From a virus (Duplodnaviria > Caudoviricetes), in IMG/VR virus record IMGVR_UViG_3300012952_000054, positions 1-35,305 of that record: a stretch of 35,305 bases of DNA; one strand, written 5' to 3'. Below the pieces are notes generated by a model. It worked only from the letters and a program-made list of their open reading frames with translations, was not told the origin of the DNA and ran no database searches. Below, piece by piece: positions 8,101 to 18,092 of the stretch. The position numbers and the translations under genes are program-made. The number at the start of each line of letters is the position of its first letter. The stretch's first letter is position 1.

Positions 8101-11100
8101 ATAAATTTAGACTAAAAAATTCAAAAAATAGTTTAAAAACTGTTAAAGTTGTAAAAACATCTGATGCTGACAATTCTTTTACTAATCGTGAAATATATGT
8201 AAGACCAAGTGGAATTTCAATATCTGATTCTGTGATTACCTTTCAAAATCATGGATTTTCTGAAGGTGAAGTTGTAAGTTACACAACTATTCCTGGTATA
8301 GGTGTTACCAATTCTACTACTATTAGTGGATTATCTACTTCAAATCAATATAAGATTCTTAAACTAAATGATAACTCATTTAGACTTGCTGATGTTGGAA
8401 TAGGAAATACTGTAGATACTAATTATATTTCTAATACTTATGTTGAATTAAATTCTGTTGGTACTGGATATCAAGTATTTAAGTATCCAGATGTTGAAAT
8501 AACATCCGAAATAACATATTCAGTAGAAACATCAGAAAAAGTTGTTTTTACTCCTGTAATAAAAGGACAAATAAGTGATGCAATATTATATGAAAAGGGA
8601 TCTGATTATGGTGCTCAAACAGTTATAAATTATGAAAATAAACCAAATATTATCCTAAAAAATGGAATTGGTAGAGCAGAAAAAAATATACAACCATCTT
8701 TAGTACCAATACTTGATAATGGTAAAATAATTGGTGTGAATATTCAAAATGGTGGTGCAGAATATTATTCTGTTCCTAATGTTGATGTAAAGGGTGATGG
8801 AATTGCAGCAAAATTAAGACCAATAGTTGATAATGATCCAAATTCTAAAACTTATTTGTCAATTATTGATGTAAAAATTCTAAATGGTGGAACAGGATTT
8901 AGTACAAGTAACACATCTATTAAAGTAACACCCTCTGGATCTAATGTTGTTTTTGATTTAAATATTAGAAAATTACCTATAAACAATATACAAACTTTAG
9001 AAGACTTTAATTTAAAGTATACAAGTGAAGTATTACAAGATTCTGTATATGGATTAAAATATGCTACAGTTGGATATTCTACAGCTATTGGTTCAGACTA
9101 CTTTAATGATCCAAGTCCTATTACAGGACATTCTCCAATCATTGGATGGGCTTATGATGGAAATCCAATATATGGTCCATATGGGTATAGTGATCCAACA
9201 AATACAAATGAAATTAAAGTTTTACAATCTAGTTACGTTTTAAATGCGTCTAATATTGATAATAGACCTGGTATTTCGACATTTGATGCTGGATTCTTTG
9301 TGGATGATTATGTTTATGATCCTTCTGTAGGAGATTTGGATGAACATAATGGTAGATATTGCAAAACACCTGAATATCCTAATGGTGTGTATGCATATTT
9401 TGCATCAGTAGATGATAATGTAGGTGGAGAAAAAGTTCCAAAATTCCCTTATTTTATTGGTAATACTTATAGATCAAATCCAACTGTTGTGGATAATGAA
9501 TCTAAAATTACACAATCTTTTGATTTTAATAATTCTGATTTAGTAAGAAATACTACTCCATATAGAATATCTGAAGAATTTAGTAGTAATGATTTTATAA
9601 TTGAATCTGATCAATTTATCAATCAAGAAACAAATGTAGAATCAGTAACTCGTGGAAATGTAGATGAATTGATTATTACTAATTCTGGTAATAGCTATAA
9701 AATTGGTGATAGTTTAGTTTTTGACGAATCTAACAGTGATGGATCTGGATTAAATGCAACTGTTAGTTTTATAGAAGGTAAACCAATAACTAATATTGAA
9801 ACATTATATGAAGAATATCAGAATGTTAAATTAGTCTGGGACAATTCTAATCAAGTATCAGCATATATTTCAACATATCATGACTTGATTGATGCAAATC
9901 ATATTAAAATTTCTGGCATTTCAACAGATATTGCTAATCTTAATAAATCTCATGTTATTGGTGTTAGTTCAGAATCTACTGTTTTATTTTCGGCAGTTGG
10001 TACTGGTGTTGCTGTAACTGATATTGTTGTTGGTAAAACTGAGTTAATTTCTGTAGGTAGTAGTATAGGAATTGGTACAGAAGTATTATCAGTTCTTAAT
10101 AAGTTTGAAAGTAGAAATATATTAAGATGTGAAAGAGGTCTTACTGGAACTGCACATACTATATCTTCTCCAGTCAATTTACTTCCAAATTCATTTACTT
10201 TACCAGTAGAAACTGATTATTTTGATTCTGAATTAGATAATATAGTTTACTTCAACCCTAAACAATCTGTTGGTAAAGAATCAACATCTGGTCTTTCAAC
10301 TTCAATAGTTGTTACAGTTGCTGGTATTGCTAAATCAATTTCTATACCTGCCCAGAGCATATATCTTCCAAATCATGGATTTAAAACAGGAGATCGTTTA
10401 ATATTTAAAGAACCTTCAAATACTGGATTTGCTAATATTGGTGTATCTACTAATGGAATTCCTGGTAGTGGTAGTCCTACTAGTATCGGACATGATGATA
10501 TTGTATATGCTATTAATAAATCTAAAGATTTTATTGGTATAGTTACTAATCTATCTGTAATTGGATCTGGAGATACTTCAGGCAAAGCTTCTGGATTATT
10601 CTTTGTTGGAGATGGTGATGATAGTTTTAAATATTCATTTAGAAAGCAAAACAATCAAGTAACTGCAACAGCAGAAAGAATTGTATCAACTGTTTCAGTT
10701 TCTACTTCTCATGGATTGCAGAAAAATGATAATATTAATTTAATAATCAAACCATCTAAATCCATTGGTATTGGAACTTCTACTGCAATTAAAGTAAAAT
10801 ATCATTCTATAAAAGATAAATTATTAATTAATCCTATTGGATTTAATTCCACTGGAGTTAATACTACTACAAATATATTAACTATAAATTCTCATGGATT
10901 TGAGACTGGTGATAAAGTATTATATGATAATACTGATGATGATATTATTGGTGGTTTAAGCACTAGTGGTTATTTTGTTTATAGAATAGACGATAATAAA
11001 ATTAAATTATCAAACACTTATTATGATTCTACTATCATACCACCTAAAGTTGTATCATTAACATCAATAGGCGGAACTTCTCATGAATTATCATTAATAA

Positions 11101-14100
11101 ATCCACCAATCACTGTTATAAGAGATAACGATTTAATATTTGATGTTTCCGATTCTTCTTTATCTGGATATAATTTTAACTTGTATTATGATAAAAATTA
11201 TACTAATAATTTTGTATCTACTGGTCAAACGAATAGGTATAGTGTTGCTATAGGAACTACACCTGGTAATGTTGGTGCAGCAATAACTTTAAATTATTCT
11301 AATAATATTCCATTAAGTTTATTTTATAGTTTAGAAAAGGGTGGATTTATTAGTACTTCTGATATTGATGTTATTAATAAATCAAAAATTTCTTATATTG
11401 ATAGCGAATATATTGGAAATTATTCACTAATAGAGACTACTGACACTTCATTTAAAGTTGTCATGGAAGATAGACCAGAAGTTCTTGGGTATGCTGCAAC
11501 TACTATTGGTGTAGGTGGAACCATAACATATAATACAAATTCTATTAGTGCATTAGGTCCTATTAACTCAATAAAAATTAATTATAGGGGAGAAGGATAT
11601 AGACAATTACCAAGATTTGTTAGTGTTGCTTCAACTCAAGGTTTTAATGCTAATATTTTACCTAGATCATCTACAGCAAATAAAATTAGCAATACTAATA
11701 TACTTAATGTTGGATTTGAATATTCATCTGATAAAACTTTACTACCAATAGCAAAAGTATCTCCAGTAACTTCTTTGAAAAATTATGATTTTATTACTGG
11801 TGTTGATATTATTGATGGTGGTTTAGGTTATCAATCTAATCCAAAAATTATTGTTGTTGATAGCGAAACTGGTGAAATTAATGATAATGGTGCCATAGAA
11901 GCAATTGTAAGTCCATCAACACAGTCTATTGAGGAAATTAATATTTTAGCAAATCCAAAAGGTATTGGTAATGCTGAGATATATGCCATTGATGGTACAA
12001 ATGGTATTCCAATTACAACTATTAATATGAATTCTGGCGTTGTTAATGATGCCGTATCAGGAATTGTAACTGTTAGATTGGGAACACCTGTTCTTGGTTT
12101 TTCAGAGATTCCTTTTGCAGTTGGTGATCGGGTATTTATCGAAGGAGTACAAAATATTGATGATGGGAATACATTAAATTCTCCTAGCAATAGATATAAG
12201 ACATATCCAGTAACAGCAGTTACTAGTTCAAATCCATTTACAATGAAAATTAATTTAGATGGAATTATATCTGAACCTGGAATTGCAAAGACAGATCAAA
12301 CTTATGCACAAATAATAAATACTAAAAATTATCCTAGATTTAAAATAACTCAAGAACCTGGATTCTTTATAGAGGGTGAGAAAATACTAGTAAAAATTAA
12401 TGATATATTTTTAGATAAAAATTTAATATTAGATAAAATTGGAAATGATTATGTTAAAATACAAGGTAAATATGATCTTAAAGTAGGAGATAGAATAAAA
12501 GGAGAAAGTTCTGGTGTTATTGGTAATATTAATACATTATATGAAAATAAAGGTTCGTTTGTAGTTGATTTTTCATCTAAGAAAAATCAAGGATGGATAG
12601 ATAATGTTGGAAAATTGGACCAAGACTATCAAGTATTGCCTGATAATGATTATTATCAAAATTTATCATATACTATTCAAAGTCCAGTACAGTATAAAGA
12701 TTTAATAACACCCGTAAATAGGTTAGTTCATACTGCAGGACTTAAGAATTTTGCTGATGTAGGAATAACTTCAAGTGTAATATCTGGATTAACAACTAGT
12801 ATTGATACTACAACAATAGTTCGTGATCTTTTATCAGATAATAGAGTTGATGCTATTACTAATTTTGATCTTGTTAAAGATATTGATTTCCTTTCAAATC
12901 CATTAAGAACAAAATTTATTCAATTTAAAACTAAAGAATTAGTAAATTACTTTAAATGTAAAACTAATAGAGTTTTAGAAATTGATAATATTAATACATT
13001 ATTTGGTAATTCTTCAAATAATGCAAAATTAGATGGAACAGTTGTTTTAACAGACAATTATAACAGATTTTTAGTTCAATCAAGAAATCCCATTAATAGT
13101 GATATTCAAGTTTCTGAATTAGTTACTTCTATAGATTTTGTAAAAGAAGATGTTTATACTATTCAAAAAGGTTCTATAGGTGATGATCTTGTAGAGATTA
13201 TTGGTGATAAAGTATTGAATGGGCAATATCAACTTAAATTTAATCCAAAAAATACTTTTGATGTAGATCTTGATATTAAAATCTACCAAAATTCATTTGA
13301 TGTTTCCAGTACTGGAATAGGAACTACTAATTTTGGATTTGTTGAATTAACTGGTACAGGACAGAATGTTGCAACTGCCACTACTCATACTTTAACATCC
13401 GCAAATATATCCAATATAGATTCATATTTTGCATCTGTTGAGGTAAGAGATACATTTACAAATGAAATTCAAATTGTCGATTTATATGTAACTCATGATG
13501 GAACCAATTCTTATATTTCCAATTATGAATTTAATCCAAATAATTCTAGTGGTATTGGATCTTTCAGTTCTAAAATAGATTCTAATATTTTATCTATTGA
13601 TTATACTAATGATAGATCGAATGAAGTTTCTCTTCTTAGTAAAATTGTTGGGTTTGGTACTACTGCTTCTGGTATTGGTACATATAGATTTAAATCTGAT
13701 ATTCAACCAGATGGATCTGAAGAAACTTTAAGGATAGAATCTTCTTTTACAAATGTATCGGCTGGAGCAACAACAACAATATCTCAATTTAGTAAATCAA
13801 AAGATAGTAGTGTTAAAAGTATTATAAGAACTTCTATAGGAAATACCAGTTCTATACATCAATTATTACTTACTCATGATGGTACTGATACAATTCTTAC
13901 AGAATATGGATTTATATCTATTGAAAATAATCTTGGAATTGGTACATTCTCATCAAAATACAATGGATCAAATATTGATTTAGTATTTACTCCAAATTCA
14001 GATTTTTCAAATGATGCTGTAGAGGTTCAAGTATTTAATGAAGTAATTAATACTAATATTGATTTGATCAATGAACCATCCATATTAACTTATGGAAAAT

Positions 14101-17100
14101 CTATCGATTCATTATCATTATTACAATTCACTGGCACCAGTAGTGTTAGTTCTAACATTAGGGCTTTTAGATTAAATTACAATAATACTCCAATCTTTGG
14201 TAAGTATTTTAATCCTGGTGATTCTACTAAACTTAATTTAGGAACAGGTGCATTTACAATTAAAGACCATTTCTTTAGTAACAATGAAAAAGTAAATTAT
14301 ACACCTGGTTCTTCTGTTCAAGGTGTTGGTATTGCATCTTTAGTTATGTCTAATGGTAGTGCTTTACCTGAAAATTTATATGTTCTTAGAGAGAATGAAA
14401 ATGCATTTAAATTATCAGCAACAAAAGCTGGTGCTGCAATAACATTTAATTCTTCTGGAACTGGTAATTATCATAGATTGGAGATGGATAAAAAGAATGA
14501 AAAGAGTTTAATAGTATTAAATGACATCATTCAGTCTCCTTTAGCATATACTCCAATTTCTCATACACTTAACAATAATGTTAGTGGTTCGGTATCTATT
14601 TCTACTTCTGTTATTTCACTTTCTGGTATTTCAACAATACTTATTGATGATATTTTGAATGTTGGTGATGAATACATGACAGTTAGAAATGTTGGAGTAG
14701 GAACTACTAATGTTGGTCCTATTGGATTTGAAGGATCTATTAATCTTGTTGAAGTGGAAAGAGGTTCTGTAGGAACATCTGCAACAACTCATGCGGATGG
14801 TGCTGCTGTTAGATTGTATAAGGGAGGATATAATATTATTGGAGACACTCTTTACTTTACTAATGCTCCAAGAGGAAATGATGAAACTGCAAAGAAAGAA
14901 TCTAATAGAGATAGTGGAAAATCAAACTTTAGTGGTAGAGTTTATTTGAGGCAAGATTATTCATCTAATATGATACTGGATGATATATCAAATCAATTTA
15001 CTGGTATTGATAAAAAGTTTGTAATAACTTCTAATGGTATTAATACCGTTGGACTTTCTACAGGAAGCACATTAATGTCTATTAATGGATTCTTCCAAAA
15101 ACCAACAACTGATAATAATTTAGGTAATAATTATTTCTTTGAGGCAGATACTTCTGCAGGTATTACTACTGTAGTATTTACTGGTATTACTTCTTATAAT
15201 GGAACCCAAATAATAAGTGAAGTTGATATTAATCAAAATCAACTTCCCAGAGCTGGTCAAATTATATCTATAGCATCTACGGGTGGATTAGGTATAGCAC
15301 CTTTGGTTGGAGCAGCAGTAACAGCAGTTATTGGTGCTGGTAAATCTATTGTATCTGTTGGTTTAGGAACTACTGATTTTAATGGATCTGGATATAGTTC
15401 TGGATTAAGCACAACTGGAAATGGTTTAATATCTATTGGAGTAACAGATGCTGCATATGATCATAGATTCGTAAGTTCTGGTGTAAATTCTGTAACAGTT
15501 GCTGCCAATGGTATTGGTGCTAATGCATCATTTACACCCACAGATGCTTTGTATACCTCCCATACAGGCGTTCTAGTATTAACAAAACAGAATCATGGTC
15601 TCCTTACATCTGATTCCCATAAGGCGGTCACAGGAACGCAATACAATGCAACTGTAGGTATTATGACTGTTAAGTTAGCAGCAACACCTAGTCCTGCACT
15701 TGCAAATGGACAATTGGTTAAAATTAACGATCTTGGTGTTAAGTTTACTTGCGATAAAGATGCTCATGCTACTGAACATGATTATCCAAGAGAAAATGAT
15801 CCTCTTAGTGGTAAATGGGTTCCTATTTCAAATGTAACTGGTGGAGATACCTTTGAAATTACTGTTCTTGATACTATTCCATCATCTAATACTGGTATTC
15901 ATACTTTTGTTTCTGGTGTTACAAATGCTATTAAACGATCTGCTAATACTTTATCAATTGCTAATGATGGGTTAGTATTTAATTGTTCTTTAGATGGATA
16001 TCAAGCTAATAAGGCATATCCACGTGCTGGTATAGATCCTGTTGCTGGAGTATCCACTACAATTTTAGAAGCAACTTCAAATACGGTTACTGTAAATATT
16101 GGACCTGGTGGAGGAGCTGGAATTGGAGCATCAATTAGAGCTTCTGTTGGTATTGGTGGTACTTTAACATTTGAAGTTGTTGAAGGTGGTAGTGGATATG
16201 TTAATCCAATTATAATGGCACCATCACCATCTTATGAAAATATTGAAGTAATTGGAGTATCTAGATTAGGTCTTGGTGCAACAACAGATACTGGTAAATC
16301 TTTATTAGTTTCTATTGATGTTGGTCCTACTTCTACAACTGGTATTGGATCCACCTTGTATGAGGTTAAATCTTTTGAATTCACAAGAAAGGGATATGGA
16401 TTTAGAAAGGGTGATGTGTTCAGGCCATTATTTGGTGGAGAAGATATTAATAAGGTAGGATTAGTAACTGATGTAGGATTATCATCACCATTAACTAATT
16501 TAGAATTTACTGTAAATAGCACATTTACTGATCAATTCTCATTATGGAATGTTGGAGAATTTGATTATATTGATTCTATAAAATCATTACAAAATGGTGT
16601 TAGAACAAGATTCCCAATGAATTTTAATGGAGAATTAGTTGCCTTCCAGGTAGATAGTAATGATGTTGATTCACAATTAATTGATATAAGATCATTATTA
16701 TTGATATTTGTTAATGGTGTTTTACAAGTTCCAGGAGAAGCATATTTCTATGATGGTGGAACTACTTTCTCATTTAGTGAACCACCAGATGAAAATGATG
16801 ATGTTGGAATTTTCTTCTATAAAGGCACAAATAATGTAGATGTTGTTTATACTGATATAATAGAAACATTGAAAGTGGGAGATGATGTTCAGATTCTTAA
16901 GAATGAAGCATTTATTGATAATAATGGTATGCAAGTGGGAATTCTTGATCAAGAACCAAGAACTGTTGTAGGTATAACAACATCAGATACTATTGAAACT
17001 AATCTTTATTATGATGTTGGTATTAATGATGAAGTTGATAGACCATTAACTTGGATTAAACAAAAAATTGATAAAATTATTAATGGCAATATTGTCTATA

Positions 17101-18062
17101 AATCAAGAAATTCTATTGAACCTTTAGTTTTCCCTGAAGCAACAATTATTGGTGATTTATCAACAACAGACACTGAAGTTTTTGTAGACAATTTGAGTTT
17201 ATTTAATTATGAAAAAGAAACTCCATTAAGCATAGATTCTATAATTTTCCCATATTCAGGAAATCTAGTAGGTGCTGCTCTTACTGCTGTTGTGTCTGCT
17301 ACTGGTACTATTAGCTCTATTTCAGTTGTTAATGGTGGTTCAGGTTATGTTGGGACAACAACTTCCATTTCAATTGGAATACCAACAACTGGTCTATCAG
17401 GTACTGGTCTTGATCCTTTTGCTCTTGGAACTGCAAATATTACTGCTGGAATTATTACTAGTGTTACTGTTACTAATCCTGGAAGAGGATATAGTCAAGC
17501 AAATCCTCCAAAAGTTATTGTTGCAACACCAAAAGGATCTAATGAAATAATTACAGGTATTGCTGTTACTGCAGGATTTAGTGGAATAATTACTGGAATA
17601 ACAACTACAGCAGGAACTGGAGGTAATCCATTAGCATTAAAATTCTTTGCTAAGGTGGGAGATGGAACATTCAGTGGTTTGAATAATGGATATCCAATTT
17701 ACATTTATGACACTTCTGTTGGAAGTGGAGTAACATCTATTGATGAAGGTGGAAATAGTGCGGTAGTTGGAATAGGAACTACTTATTTGGATAATATCTA
17801 TTATGTTAGAAGTTTAACTTCTGTTGGTACAAATGGAGAATTTGTAGTTAATGTTGATTCTGGATCCAATATCGTTGGAATTGCAACTACTGGTACTTGT
17901 GGTAAATTTACTTGGGGTAGACTAAGTAATTTTAGTAGAGGTTCTAATCCAATATCAATAGGAGTTACATCTAAAACAATTTCTGGTCTATCAACATTCC
18001 CAACAATTCAAAGAAGGAATGCTGGATTTAGAAATACTGGTGGGATAAATAATCCAACATAA
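5154..18062 (+). CDS. gp7: Giant baseplate wedge initiator (gp7-like), 4302 aa, with YHYH-like domain and many beta-repeat modules
   Basis: Lies between gp6 and gp8 with an ATGA overlap. N-terminal FLKQYY, FYQSKGTEESF..LF..LYG; internal DNDYYQNLSY...LVHTAG; HSPIIGWAYDGNPIYGPYG. Confidence 0.85.
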   Translation: MISTGIDKRVQIQQIVDNQLPQFVLSESPRAAEFLKQYYISQEYSGGPTDITDNLDQYLKLDNLTPEVIVGKTTLEVSVTSDDKIIDVNSTKGFPNEYGLLKIDDEIITYTGITTNSFTGCIRGFSGITTYHDDDNPGELIFSDTTASSHDATSEITNLSVLFLKEFSKKLKYSLTPGLENIDFVSNLNVGNFIKEAKSFYQSKGTEESFRILFNVLYGYEPKIIDLEQYVVKPSSAKYIRRDRIVAEKIKGNPLNLKGQTVTRSTDPTTTASLSEVQPVLGISGTGISTSTDYYVLDAFIGYNDEEFITGTFDVTGKTKVIGDVPIDSSVITVDSTIGFGNTGTIISGINTTITYTDKTVNQFLGVTGVNAPISSQDSIRDDDYIFGYENGDLSKKVELRITGILSKFVPDSDNRLSIENESIIIKSIGEKIGSSEFTSNKSIFANSWRYNTSITYQVEEYFWKDVTQPDSDINQDQSNIIIEYDPNGSIIGRFYRTSEFRMSETLSKSFDLLGLSKGDFVEILERSSNPFQPKKVITSNDGNVVTTISEIITGNDIERSKIQVTDGPYDLDISKKYDVRKVLTKASSTGVSIKYGNNKLTSDIQNVYNDSDENLYVASNCLPPYEIKKNIATVSIPATNTDTLQGYNPVTEKYSVISFTTSVPFITGDAVYYNPDNTDNPLVGLGEGIYYVKNIPDFNNKINLYLSPSFIASDENLSTPNNFIEFGMPTVSEGHTFTLLKHFNKQVESQNLLKKYPINPSLKTGENEKTIPGSVGMLIDGVEIINYKSDDNIFYGPLDKFSVLSQGTGYDVINPPQISISSGIGSTALVKPVVTGKLEEILVDPQEFDIENVLSVKITGGNSKNISLEPILKRVNRELKFDGRLKTANGGVDNQEETIDFGRKHNLKSGQVLIYDRNNNEPLGITTWGGSNADAFQSLTQGESYWPEVVGLTTIRLFSNESDYNSGINTIAFTSIRKSGVHKFRLKNSKNSLKTVKVVKTSDADNSFTNREIYVRPSGISISDSVITFQNHGFSEGEVVSYTTIPGIGVTNSTTISGLSTSNQYKILKLNDNSFRLADVGIGNTVDTNYISNTYVELNSVGTGYQVFKYPDVEITSEITYSVETSEKVVFTPVIKGQISDAILYEKGSDYGAQTVINYENKPNIILKNGIGRAEKNIQPSLVPILDNGKIIGVNIQNGGAEYYSVPNVDVKGDGIAAKLRPIVDNDPNSKTYLSIIDVKILNGGTGFSTSNTSIKVTPSGSNVVFDLNIRKLPINNIQTLEDFNLKYTSEVLQDSVYGLKYATVGYSTAIGSDYFNDPSPITGHSPIIGWAYDGNPIYGPYGYSDPTNTNEIKVLQSSYVLNASNIDNRPGISTFDAGFFVDDYVYDPSVGDLDEHNGRYCKTPEYPNGVYAYFASVDDNVGGEKVPKFPYFIGNTYRSNPTVVDNESKITQSFDFNNSDLVRNTTPYRISEEFSSNDFIIESDQFINQETNVESVTRGNVDELIITNSGNSYKIGDSLVFDESNSDGSGLNATVSFIEGKPITNIETLYEEYQNVKLVWDNSNQVSAYISTYHDLIDANHIKISGISTDIANLNKSHVIGVSSESTVLFSAVGTGVAVTDIVVGKTELISVGSSIGIGTEVLSVLNKFESRNILRCERGLTGTAHTISSPVNLLPNSFTLPVETDYFDSELDNIVYFNPKQSVGKESTSGLSTSIVVTVAGIAKSISIPAQSIYLPNHGFKTGDRLIFKEPSNTGFANIGVSTNGIPGSGSPTSIGHDDIVYAINKSKDFIGIVTNLSVIGSGDTSGKASGLFFVGDGDDSFKYSFRKQNNQVTATAERIVSTVSVSTSHGLQKNDNINLIIKPSKSIGIGTSTAIKVKYHSIKDKLLINPIGFNSTGVNTTTNILTINSHGFETGDKVLYDNTDDDIIGGLSTSGYFVYRIDDNKIKLSNTYYDSTIIPPKVVSLTSIGGTSHELSLINPPITVIRDNDLIFDVSDSSLSGYNFNLYYDKNYTNNFVSTGQTNRYSVAIGTTPGNVGAAITLNYSNNIPLSLFYSLEKGGFISTSDIDVINKSKISYIDSEYIGNYSLIETTDTSFKVVMEDRPEVLGYAATTIGVGGTITYNTNSISALGPINSIKINYRGEGYRQLPRFVSVASTQGFNANILPRSSTANKISNTNILNVGFEYSSDKTLLPIAKVSPVTSLKNYDFITGVDIIDGGLGYQSNPKIIVVDSETGEINDNGAIEAIVSPSTQSIEEINILANPKGIGNAEIYAIDGTNGIPITTINMNSGVVNDAVSGIVTVRLGTPVLGFSEIPFAVGDRVFIEGVQNIDDGNTLNSPSNRYKTYPVTAVTSSNPFTMKINLDGIISEPGIAKTDQTYAQIINTKNYPRFKITQEPGFFIEGEKILVKINDIFLDKNLILDKIGNDYVKIQGKYDLKVGDRIKGESSGVIGNINTLYENKGSFVVDFSSKKNQGWIDNVGKLDQDYQVLPDNDYYQNLSYTIQSPVQYKDLITPVNRLVHTAGLKNFADVGITSSVISGLTTSIDTTTIVRDLLSDNRVDAITNFDLVKDIDFLSNPLRTKFIQFKTKELVNYFKCKTNRVLEIDNINTLFGNSSNNAKLDGTVVLTDNYNRFLVQSRNPINSDIQVSELVTSIDFVKEDVYTIQKGSIGDDLVEIIGDKVLNGQYQLKFNPKNTFDVDLDIKIYQNSFDVSSTGIGTTNFGFVELTGTGQNVATATTHTLTSANISNIDSYFASVEVRDTFTNEIQIVDLYVTHDGTNSYISNYEFNPNNSSGIGSFSSKIDSNILSIDYTNDRSNEVSLLSKIVGFGTTASGIGTYRFKSDIQPDGSEETLRIESSFTNVSAGATTTISQFSKSKDSSVKSIIRTSIGNTSSIHQLLLTHDGTDTILTEYGFISIENNLGIGTFSSKYNGSNIDLVFTPNSDFSNDAVEVQVFNEVINTNIDLINEPSILTYGKSIDSLSLLQFTGTSSVSSNIRAFRLNYNNTPIFGKYFNPGDSTKLNLGTGAFTIKDHFFSNNEKVNYTPGSSVQGVGIASLVMSNGSALPENLYVLRENENAFKLSATKAGAAITFNSSGTGNYHRLEMDKKNEKSLIVLNDIIQSPLAYTPISHTLNNNVSGSVSISTSVISLSGISTILIDDILNVGDEYMTVRNVGVGTTNVGPIGFEGSINLVEVERGSVGTSATTHADGAAVRLYKGGYNIIGDTLYFTNAPRGNDETAKKESNRDSGKSNFSGRVYLRQDYSSNMILDDISNQFTGIDKKFVITSNGINTVGLSTGSTLMSINGFFQKPTTDNNLGNNYFFEADTSAGITTVVFTGITSYNGTQIISEVDINQNQLPRAGQIISIASTGGLGIAPLVGAAVTAVIGAGKSIVSVGLGTTDFNGSGYSSGLSTTGNGLISIGVTDAAYDHRFVSSGVNSVTVAANGIGANASFTPTDALYTSHTGVLVLTKQNHGLLTSDSHKAVTGTQYNATVGIMTVKLAATPSPALANGQLVKINDLGVKFTCDKDAHATEHDYPRENDPLSGKWVPISNVTGGDTFEITVLDTIPSSNTGIHTFVSGVTNAIKRSANTLSIANDGLVFNCSLDGYQANKAYPRAGIDPVAGVSTTILEATSNTVTVNIGPGGGAGIGASIRASVGIGGTLTFEVVEGGSGYVNPIIMAPSPSYENIEVIGVSRLGLGATTDTGKSLLVSIDVGPTSTTGIGSTLYEVKSFEFTRKGYGFRKGDVFRPLFGGEDINKVGLVTDVGLSSPLTNLEFTVNSTFTDQFSLWNVGEFDYIDSIKSLQNGVRTRFPMNFNGELVAFQVDSNDVDSQLIDIRSLLLIFVNGVLQVPGEAYFYDGGTTFSFSEPPDENDDVGIFFYKGTNNVDVVYTDIIETLKVGDDVQILKNEAFIDNNGMQVGILDQEPRTVVGITTSDTIETNLYYDVGINDEVDRPLTWIKQKIDKIINGNIVYKSRNSIEPLVFPEATIIGDLSTTDTEVFVDNLSLFNYEKETPLSIDSIIFPYSGNLVGAALTAVVSATGTISSISVVNGGSGYVGTTTSISIGIPTTGLSGTGLDPFALGTANITAGIITSVTVTNPGRGYSQANPPKVIVATPKGSNEIITGIAVTAGFSGIITGITTTAGTGGNPLALKFFAKVGDGTFSGLNNGYPIYIYDTSVGSGVTSIDEGGNSAVVGIGTTYLDNIYYVRSLTSVGTNGEFVVNVDSGSNIVGIATTGTCGKFTWGRLSNFSRGSNPISIGVTSKTISGLSTFPTIQRRNAGFRNTGGINNPT

Positions 18063-18066
18063 TCCG

Positions 18067-18074
18067 TATAAATA
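18067..18074 (+). promoter_or_regulatory. T4-type late promoter TATAAATA
   Basis: Exact match in the 30-nt gap before gp8. Confidence 0.85.
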
Positions 18075-18092
18075 AAGAAAAAAGCTATAGAT

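Noticed and set aside
17272-17550. Leu-rich alternative-frame ORF that looks like a membrane peptide (also 9061-9243, 23860-24042, 24733-24978, 34276-34479)
   Set aside because: Off-frame readings of GCT/ACT/GTT-rich codons inside large genes; the poly-Leu is an artefact.
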